DNA of 64,000 nt, taken from the IMG/VR virus record IMGVR_UViG_3300010396_000037, one strand, 5' to 3'. Position numbers and translations under genes: made by a program. Under the pieces are notes generated by a model that saw only the letters and a list, made by a program, of their open reading frames with translations, did not search any database and was not told where the DNA came from. The DNA comes from a virus. Of the stretch, positions 57,257 to 64,000 are shown piece by piece. How positions within the stretch are numbered: position 1 is the first letter of the stretch; each line of letters starts with the position of its first letter.

Positions 57257-57754
57257 ATGATTACTCTTCCTGCCTCTCTCCAAGCAGTACATACGCAAAT
57301 TTTGATTCCTGCACTGCATGAATTACCCAGCAAGATGACTTCATTGCCAGCCATTACACAGTTATTGGCAACAGGTGGACAAGAATCTGGTTACATGTCA
57401 AGACTACAATTGGGGAATGGTCCAGCTCATGGATTATGGCAGTATGAATTCAATGGCGTTTCTGCTGTTTTAAAAAATCCCAAGTCTCATGGTTATCTTG
57501 TAGGATATTTGCAATCACAGACTTCTATTCCAGTATCAGCTGTAAGCATCTATGAAACTATTGATACAGATGATATTACAGCTTGCGTTATCGCTCGCTT
57601 GATGTATTGGACTGACCCAACTCCACTTCCTAAATTTAATGATGAAGAAACAGCATGGCAATATTATGTAAGGAACTGGAGACCAGGCAAACCTGATCGC
57701 ACTCGTTGGACCTATTGGTATGGTAAGACTGTTCAATATCTGAAAGGAGCCTGA
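57257..57754 (+). CDS. Lysozyme-like endolysin (transglycosylase-type)
   Basis: QES catalytic Glu, GPAHGLWQYE, AW.YY.RNWRPGKP; late promoter CTAAATA at 57223-57229. Confidence 0.75.
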   Translation: MITLPASLQAVHTQILIPALHELPSKMTSLPAITQLLATGGQESGYMSRLQLGNGPAHGLWQYEFNGVSAVLKNPKSHGYLVGYLQSQTSIPVSAVSIYETIDTDDITACVIARLMYWTDPTPLPKFNDEETAWQYYVRNWRPGKPDRTRWTYWYGKTVQYLKGA

Positions 57755-57755
57755 A

Positions 57756-58694
57756 ATGAGTGATCTCCTTAAACGTATATTTGAACTGTTGCACAGAGAA
57801 CACGAACAAGAATCCAAGAAACAATATAGACATAATTTCTTACATAATGATCCAGAACAAATCAAGAGGTCTAGATTTGCTCTATATGATGGTGATATTG
57901 AGATGCATAAGCCGGATCTGAAAGAAGATGTTAGTTTTGCAAAACCAGAATTGGGTAGTGATTTTATACATGCTAGGATAGACAAGAAAGATCTGTCTAA
58001 AAGCAACCTTTCACCTAAATTGGTTGAACATTACAAGAATCACCAAGCTTCTTTAACAGGTGTTCAGAAAGCTGCGATTGAAGACTACAAGAAGAACCAG
58101 ATGGGTCCATCTCCTATTCATTCCTTGTTGAATGATAATCTTAGGAAAGGTCATCCGCATGATTCTGACTATTTCAAAGCATTAGACCATCATCTTTCAT
58201 CTGCGCTGAAACCCATACCTGCTCCACATGTTGTGTATAGAGGCATTGGCGATGTTCCTTTAACTCGCCAAATCAGAAACATGAAGCCAGGTGACACATT
58301 TACAGACAAAGGATATGGCAGTGCCAGTCTATCTCCCAAAAAAGCACAGAGCTTTTCAATGGGAACCTATGCTGATAGAGCGCATGATAATTTTGAACAT
58401 CTGCCAGTAATTCAGAGACAACATCCTAAGGATGCACACTATTACAATACCATCATGAAGATTCATCTTCCTGCTGGCACCAAAGCACATTATCTTGATA
58501 TTAACCATCATGATGTTAATGATAAATCAATAATGAGGAACCGTGCTGGTGTTAAAGAATATGGAGATGAGAGAGAAGTATTGCTTCATAAAGGAATGAA
58601 ATATCAAGTTATGGGGCATAGCATTCAGAAAGATGCATTCGGTCCTGCAGAGCATTTACACCTTGTACATGTTCGTGCGGTTCCTACTGATTAA
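57756..58694 (+). CDS. Alt/VIP2-like ADP-ribosyltransferase
   Basis: R-S-E triad: VYRG, DKGYGSASL, EREVLL..G..Y.V. Confidence 0.85.
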   Translation: MSDLLKRIFELLHREHEQESKKQYRHNFLHNDPEQIKRSRFALYDGDIEMHKPDLKEDVSFAKPELGSDFIHARIDKKDLSKSNLSPKLVEHYKNHQASLTGVQKAAIEDYKKNQMGPSPIHSLLNDNLRKGHPHDSDYFKALDHHLSSALKPIPAPHVVYRGIGDVPLTRQIRNMKPGDTFTDKGYGSASLSPKKAQSFSMGTYADRAHDNFEHLPVIQRQHPKDAHYYNTIMKIHLPAGTKAHYLDINHHDVNDKSIMRNRAGVKEYGDEREVLLHKGMKYQVMGHSIQKDAFGPAEHLHLVHVRAVPTD

Positions 58695-58721
58695 ATACGT
58701 TATCACAAATGAGATTTTAAC

Positions 58722-60296
58722 ATGGCGAAGATTTTTGGTTGGTCCATAAAAAGAAACGACACTCAGGATGATGACAGCAAACAGCAATTTGCTCCACCTA
58801 CGACGGATGATGGTGCTGTTCAACTTGTAGACTCCGGAATCAGAAACACCTTCTTAGACATTGATGGCGCGGTAAAAACAGAAGCAGAACTGATCACACG
58901 CTATCGTGAATTATCTCTACAACCTGAGATCAACTCTGCAATTGATGATATTATCAACGAATGCGTAGCTTATGATGAAAAAGCTGATTTGGTTGCGTTG
59001 AATCTGGACATGTTGCCTGTTCAATACAATGATCGCATCAAGGAATTGATTTCAAATGAATTTGAAACAATCTTAAAGCTTTATGATTTTAACAACTCTG
59101 CATATGAAATCATTAGACGTTGGTATGTTGATGGAAGAATGTATTATTATGCTTTGATTGATAAGAAGCATCCTGAAGCTGGTATTCAAGAATTGCGTTA
59201 CATTGACCCTCGCCAGATGCGTAAGGTTCGAGTGGTTAAGCAGGAAGTGTCTAAGGATGGATCCCAGCAGACACTCGTAAAGAAAGTGACTGAATATTTC
59301 TTGTACAGTGAGAAAGGTTTCGCAGTGAAACCCATGTCATCTACTGGATATCAGAGCAATAAAGCAATCAAGATCAGCAAAGATGCCATAGTGCATGCAA
59401 CAAGTGGCTTGATGGACCCAACCAATACGACCGTGTTGAGTTATCTGCATAAAGCCAGCAAACCTTTGAACCAATTGCGTGCTATTGAAGATGCTTCTGT
59501 AATCAATCGTCTCGTCCGCGCTCCTATGCGTCGCATATTTACTGTTGAAGTTGGATCATTACCCAAGGCCAAGGGTGAACAGTATCTAAAAGACCAGATG
59601 ACGAAGTATAAGAACAAGTTGACTTATGATTCATCAACAGGCGCGATTAAGGATAATCGCCATTTCATGACAATGCTTGAAGATTTCTGGTTCCCAAGTC
59701 GTCAGGGCAACCAAACAACCAAAGTTGATACTCTCCAAGGCGCAAGTGATTGGCATGATCTTGATGATTTGACTTACTTCCGTGAACAATTGTTGAGTGC
59801 GTTGAATGTTCCTGTAAGTCGTCTTCAACCAGGAGCTCCATTCAATATAGGCCGTGCTTCAGAAATTACACGTGATGAATTGAAATTCTCCAAATTCATC
59901 GCTCGCCTGCGTCTGCGTTTTGCTATCATCTTCAAGAGTGCATTGACCAAGCAATTGATCTTGAAAAAGATATTGACTGAAGAAGAATGCAAAGAAGTTA
60001 TGTCTCTTGTTGCATTTGACTTCAAACGCGATAACTTCTTCTCTGAATTGAAAGATGCTGAAATCCTTCAAAACCGTGTAGGAACACTACAGCTTGTTCA
60101 GCCATTCGTTGGCATATACTACTCAATGCAATGGGTTAAGAAGAACGTGTTACATCAGGATGAAGAAGAAATTAAACAACAAGCCAGGGAAATGGCTTCA
60201 GAGCCACCACCTATGCAGTTAGATCAGATGATGGGTGCCCCTCCGCAACAAGTGCCCGATCAGTCCCAGCAACAAAACCAACCTACAGCTAAATAA
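58722..60296 (+). CDS. gp20: Portal vertex protein gp20
   Basis: LI.RYR....PEI..AIDDI.NE, RWYVDGR, ELRYIDP, NQLR.IEDA.VI.R..RAP.RR.F, EDFW.P, EITRDELKF.KFI.RLR. Confidence 0.97.
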   Translation: MAKIFGWSIKRNDTQDDDSKQQFAPPTTDDGAVQLVDSGIRNTFLDIDGAVKTEAELITRYRELSLQPEINSAIDDIINECVAYDEKADLVALNLDMLPVQYNDRIKELISNEFETILKLYDFNNSAYEIIRRWYVDGRMYYYALIDKKHPEAGIQELRYIDPRQMRKVRVVKQEVSKDGSQQTLVKKVTEYFLYSEKGFAVKPMSSTGYQSNKAIKISKDAIVHATSGLMDPTNTTVLSYLHKASKPLNQLRAIEDASVINRLVRAPMRRIFTVEVGSLPKAKGEQYLKDQMTKYKNKLTYDSSTGAIKDNRHFMTMLEDFWFPSRQGNQTTKVDTLQGASDWHDLDDLTYFREQLLSALNVPVSRLQPGAPFNIGRASEITRDELKFSKFIARLRLRFAIIFKSALTKQLILKKILTEEECKEVMSLVAFDFKRDNFFSELKDAEILQNRVGTLQLVQPFVGIYYSMQWVKKNVLHQDEEEIKQQAREMASEPPPMQLDQMMGAPPQQVPDQSQQQNQPTAK

Positions 60297-60322
60297 AGTT
60301 GAATCAAATTAGGACGTTTCAC

Positions 60323-60739
60323 ATGACAGACGAAGAATTATTGGAGCTTGAAAGTCTTCTTGAAAGCCCCGAACTTATTGATGATCTAACAGAATCTGAT
60401 TTCCATCAGTTGGCAGGTGTTTATCATCGTGGCCAAATGACAAAGATCACAAAGAAGATTCTTGAAGATTTGAACGCCCAGCATGATTTATCTGAAAAGG
60501 CAATCAAGTCTCATAAAGATTATCCATTGTATCGTCATCATGCTGATGAAGCTGTTCGTCACCATGAAGCATGTACAACTGAAGACGTGAATGAAGAAAT
60601 TGTAGAAATGCCGGATGCAAAAGAAAGATTCACAAGACAAATGAGTCCACGTCTAGATGATGTGTTGCGTTCCGCATCGAAAGCATTGGCTGGAAAACTA
60701 TTAGCACCTGAGGAGCGTCTCCATGGCACGTTTGACTGA
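60323..60739 (+). CDS. Prohead core protein, gp67-like C-terminal helix
   Basis: Immediately after gp20; CTAAATA at 60289-60295; AKERF...M..R....L.....LA..L resembles T4 gp67 as recalled. Confidence 0.55.
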   Translation: MTDEELLELESLLESPELIDDLTESDFHQLAGVYHRGQMTKITKKILEDLNAQHDLSEKAIKSHKDYPLYRHHADEAVRHHEACTTEDVNEEIVEMPDAKERFTRQMSPRLDDVLRSASKALAGKLLAPEERLHGTFD

Positions 60740-62984
60740 TAAGAAGAACAATATAACTGAAGCATTGGTTAGCAAGAAACCAGCAACTGCTGCTAAGGCT
60801 TTCAATGAAGCGATGGAGCAGAGGATTGATGAGCTCAGCAAGGACACGCTGATGAGGTATATTCCGACGGCTGCGCGTAGGTCACAGGACCTTGCAACAC
60901 GCAACGCCAAAATCAGTGATGCGGTTGACACACTTCCGAGTGGGGCGGTTACGCGTTCACGATCCGCGGAAGATGCAACACGCAACCTGCGGGATGCACT
61001 TCACCGTGACTATCGAGTAATCGATGACAAGATTGACAACCGGATGCATGGAATCCGTACAGCTGCACGCAAGCTCGGCGGCACAGCACGTGTACCGGCA
61101 ACCGACAAGCTGACCAAGGAAGATGTCGAAGAGCAGCGTCTGGACGAGCTGTCGAAAAATACGCTCAAGAATTACGCGAAGAAAGCGTCGTCCACACTGT
61201 TCGGGCTTGGTGCAGCGTCGGCTCTCGACCGTCGAGACGCAGATGCCCTGAGTAAGGAGGGTGACAAGTGGGGATATACCGCCGCGACCGCTGACAAACG
61301 ATTGGAGTTATTTCGCCGATCACGTCATCGCGCGGATCGATCCGTCAAGGATAGACAGAAGGCCGTCAATCGTGTTGCAGGTATTACACGCGCAACCGAT
61401 CGCCTGACCAAGGAAGAAGAACAGATTGGTGAATCTACAGATCATAGAGAACTAGCAATTAAAGGATTCGTGCACCCAGATCATGCCAAGCATTGCAAAG
61501 TTGGGACATATTGTGATTTTTATAGTAAAAGAAATGGGGATAAACTCTATGGCAAGGTGATAAAAAACGATGGCAAAGAAATACACTTTGATATAAAGGG
61601 AGCTCATCATCGTTTTAAGATTGGAGGGGGATTAACTGAAGTAGAAGCCCCTGCAAACTTTTGGAATGCAGGCATGTCAAAGATGAATCCAATTCAAGTA
61701 TCACAGAAACAGCCTGCTGAACCCGGCCAATTCAAAGCCACTCTTGGCAAGACTCCAACTCGTTTGGCTGACCGTGATTCCTCTTTAGAAGGTGCTCCAA
61801 AGGCTGCTCGTGAAGCAACCAATGATGCTGCTACATCCCGCGCCCCAAAAGAGATTGAATTGACAGGTGATTGGCAAGCCGATCTTCCAGATCATCAGTT
61901 TGACCCAAAACTTGATTCTGAAGCTGAATATTATCCTCTATTCAGCCAATTCAAAGCTATGGGTGCAATTCCATCTGGTCCAGCAATGGCTTGGGAAGAA
62001 ACTGAAATCAATGAGTCTACAGCTTTTGATAAATCTTATCAAAAGCATCCAGTGTTTAAGAATAATTTTGGGTCTGTTACGCATGCAGCTGTTTATGGCA
62101 AGGGGGAAAGATTTCATTCCTATAAAAAGGGAGACACGGAGCATAGCTTGAGAATATTGCATCATCCAGAGAACAACGATTATTCTGCTGAACTGAATTC
62201 AACAGCGCATGGATATCGCCGTGCTGGTTGGGCAACGGGTAAAACTTCTCATGAAGCTCTTGATGCAGCTCATAAAAAATACAAAGAAAATATGAAAATG
62301 CCTGAATACATGAAGGAAGACGAGTTATCTGAAATCTCAAAGGAAACTGTCGGCAAGTACATTCATGGCGTTTCCAACAGTTTGTATCAGCTTGGTCAAA
62401 AGCGCAAAGAGCAGGAAATTCAGCGCAGAGATATGAATGACGCACATAACACCTTGTCTAAACTTCATGGTGGCGTCAGCATGGATATGATCAATAATAA
62501 TGAAAAAGACAATAAGAAGATGAATGATATTGAAAATCATAACAGACGCAAAGAATATAATCGCATCAAGGGTCTGGAGAAAGCAGTTGGTAAATTAACA
62601 GGTACAGCGAAAATTCCTGCCGGTGAAAAGCAGCATCCAATTGAGATGATGAAAAGGATCTCAGAAGCGGAAGATAAAAAAAAAGTTGATTTTGTAACTG
62701 AAGAAACTCTGGATGAGGGTCTCTTTGATCCGGCCAAGCATGAGTTACTAGGCCTGTGGGATGAACATGCTCGCCGTGCCGATGCCCACGGATCAGGCTC
62801 TCGCAATGAAATCTTAAAGCGCATTGAAGATCACGTCGCTAAGAAACATGGTCAAGAAGGTCTGAAGAAAATGCGTCTTCATACAGACTTAACAAACGCA
62901 TTGAAGCGTTCTGTAACAGGTGATAAAGGTCATCTGCAAGCATTGCTTGGAAATATGAGAGCGAAATGCGCTCTTGAGGGATAA
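60723..62984 (+). CDS. Modular prohead-core/internal-head polyprotein (gp67-like N-terminus, repeated modules, many (I/L)-x-E sites)
   Basis: ITEAL....A.KAF.EAM..R leader; three E(L/I)SK.T...Y ... NR..G...A..(K/R)L modules. Confidence 0.7.
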   Translation: MARLTDKKNNITEALVSKKPATAAKAFNEAMEQRIDELSKDTLMRYIPTAARRSQDLATRNAKISDAVDTLPSGAVTRSRSAEDATRNLRDALHRDYRVIDDKIDNRMHGIRTAARKLGGTARVPATDKLTKEDVEEQRLDELSKNTLKNYAKKASSTLFGLGAASALDRRDADALSKEGDKWGYTAATADKRLELFRRSRHRADRSVKDRQKAVNRVAGITRATDRLTKEEEQIGESTDHRELAIKGFVHPDHAKHCKVGTYCDFYSKRNGDKLYGKVIKNDGKEIHFDIKGAHHRFKIGGGLTEVEAPANFWNAGMSKMNPIQVSQKQPAEPGQFKATLGKTPTRLADRDSSLEGAPKAAREATNDAATSRAPKEIELTGDWQADLPDHQFDPKLDSEAEYYPLFSQFKAMGAIPSGPAMAWEETEINESTAFDKSYQKHPVFKNNFGSVTHAAVYGKGERFHSYKKGDTEHSLRILHHPENNDYSAELNSTAHGYRRAGWATGKTSHEALDAAHKKYKENMKMPEYMKEDELSEISKETVGKYIHGVSNSLYQLGQKRKEQEIQRRDMNDAHNTLSKLHGGVSMDMINNNEKDNKKMNDIENHNRRKEYNRIKGLEKAVGKLTGTAKIPAGEKQHPIEMMKRISEAEDKKKVDFVTEETLDEGLFDPAKHELLGLWDEHARRADAHGSGSRNEILKRIEDHVAKKHGQEGLKKMRLHTDLTNALKRSVTGDKGHLQALLGNMRAKCALEG

Positions 62985-62987
62985 GTA

Positions 62988-63554
62988 ATGGCTCTTGTAA
63001 AAACAAAAGAAGGTGAAGACGCAATGAAGGGATATGACTATTCTCGTCATAGCTCTCCAGACAGAAATTATGTACCAGGATATGGCATAAAAAGTCCGCC
63101 ATCTGCTCCTTCTACTATTCCAGACTCTAACGCCAAGTCTTCATCCAAAAGAGACTCATTATCTACCATGTGGCATATCTATGCCAAGAATCATAGTGCC
63201 AATCCTTACACAGAATATCACAAAGCGCATAATGCTAATATCTTCAATCATGTTAAAGAGCATTATGGGATTGAAGTTGCTAAGGCAATGCATGGACATG
63301 CGGAAGCACTTCGCCAAGGTGGTATCTATGCTATCCGCAAGAAATACAACATCATGGAAGACCTTAAGAACAAGGACAAAGTGTTGTCATCTAAGAAACT
63401 TGCTCGCAGATTGATCACAAACTTCAGAGAAAAACAACTCCGCAATCGTAAGAGATTGAAGAAAGTATCACGTGTGTATGCCGATCAATTAAAAGAAGAC
63501 ACATCAAATTCACGTCAATTATTAGAACGTGTGTTTAAGTGTGTTGTCAGATAA
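62988..63554 (+). CDS. Prohead core/internal protein candidate (basic, gp68 position)
   Basis: Shares a W...A...I..HV...G.E....M..H module with the preceding ORF; Arg/Lys-rich C-terminal part. Confidence 0.55.
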   Translation: MALVKTKEGEDAMKGYDYSRHSSPDRNYVPGYGIKSPPSAPSTIPDSNAKSSSKRDSLSTMWHIYAKNHSANPYTEYHKAHNANIFNHVKEHYGIEVAKAMHGHAEALRQGGIYAIRKKYNIMEDLKNKDKVLSSKKLARRLITNFREKQLRNRKRLKKVSRVYADQLKEDTSNSRQLLERVFKCVVR

Positions 63555-63610
63555 ATGATCTAGAACACTAACCCATAACTAAATACATTTGAATTCAAGG
63601 ACTTACGATA

Positions 63611-63961
63611 ATGATTCAGAGCAACCAATTGAAAGGAAGAGTAGTGATTCTTGCTAACACCAGCGAGACACATACTGTTGCCTCATTAGCAAACACTTAT
63701 GAAACTATCCGTGGTGCGAAATTAACACGTGTGTTCTTCAGTGGTAATGTTAGCATCGGAAATAGTAGTGCAACTCTTCTGACGCTTTCCGGAGTAGATC
63801 ATTGGTTGTTAGATGAGAGTGGTGCATCCATTCCTTTTGCTAACACAGATTCTATTGTTTTGACAGTAGCTGCTGGTTCATCAGCTGTTGTGGTAATTGA
63901 TAAGAATGTTACAATCAATGCAAATGCTGCAAGTGCAACTGGCTACATTGCAAACCCATAA
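63611..63961 (+). CDS. Small beta-rich structural protein upstream of the putative prohead protease
   Basis: CTAAATA at 63579-63585; AAGGA SD. Confidence 0.6.
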   Translation: MIQSNQLKGRVVILANTSETHTVASLANTYETIRGAKLTRVFFSGNVSIGNSSATLLTLSGVDHWLLDESGASIPFANTDSIVLTVAAGSSAVVVIDKNVTINANAASATGYIANP

Positions 63962-63975
63962 GACTAGGAATAGAA

Positions 63976-64000
63976 ATGTCAGATTTTGAACTTATCAATA
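63976..64000 (+). CDS. Start of next gene (possibly prohead protease gp21), truncated by window
   Basis: AGGA SD plus MSDFELIN; identity inferred from synteny only. Confidence 0.3.

Noticed and set aside
1870-63414. Many short antisense or alternate-frame ORFs in the track (e.g. 3462, 16602, 22706, 41474, 57536)
   Set aside because: They overlap well-supported genes and lack RBSs and motifs; treated as shadow ORFs
1-64000. tRNA/rRNA genes and alternative genetic code
   Set aside because: No cloverleaf seen in the few intergenic gaps; core genes are full length under the standard code

Overview
A 64-kb segment of a T4-superfamily myophage genome (non-enteric type, AT-rich). Left: baseplate/tail-tip modules (gp7 partial, 6, 25, 5, hub, 53, 48 on -; gp4, 2, 54, 26, 51 and a tape-measure/tail-lysozyme protein on +). 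Centre: recombination/replication/transcription block (uvsY, gp3, dexA, uvsW, 55, 47, 46, 33, 45, 44, 62, regA, 43, uvsX, 41, rnh, nrdB). Right: an inverted neck/terminase/tail block (19, 18, 17, 16, 15, 14, 13 on -), then a late accessory island and the portal/prohead-core region on +. Main highlights: (1) a dispersed DNA hypermodification set (TET/JBP dioxygenase, GT-B and GT-A glycosyltransferases, PIG-L-type deacetylase, EndoII-like nuclease, no gp42 in its T4 position) in which the dioxygenase and GT-B end in the same putative sliding-clamp-binding tail as the DNA polymerase (LSAFFV / LESFFA). (2) A 753-aa gp67-like prohead-core 'polyprotein' built from repeated modules separated by (I/L)-x-E prohead-protease-type sites, sharing modules with a free-standing protein that carries a T4-type capsid-targeting sequence, plus an Alt-like ADP-ribosyltransferase; these late proteins are His-rich. 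(3) A GIY-YIG homing endonuclease inserted at the deacetylase metal-binding motif, with a replacement N-terminus in an overlapping frame. (4) A recurring TTTGAA-N11-TAnnnT promoter-like motif, several copies placed for leaderless mRNAs. (5) 23-bp iteron-like repeats beside a winged-HTH gene. All assignments come from motif recognition and synteny by eye; no database searches were run.
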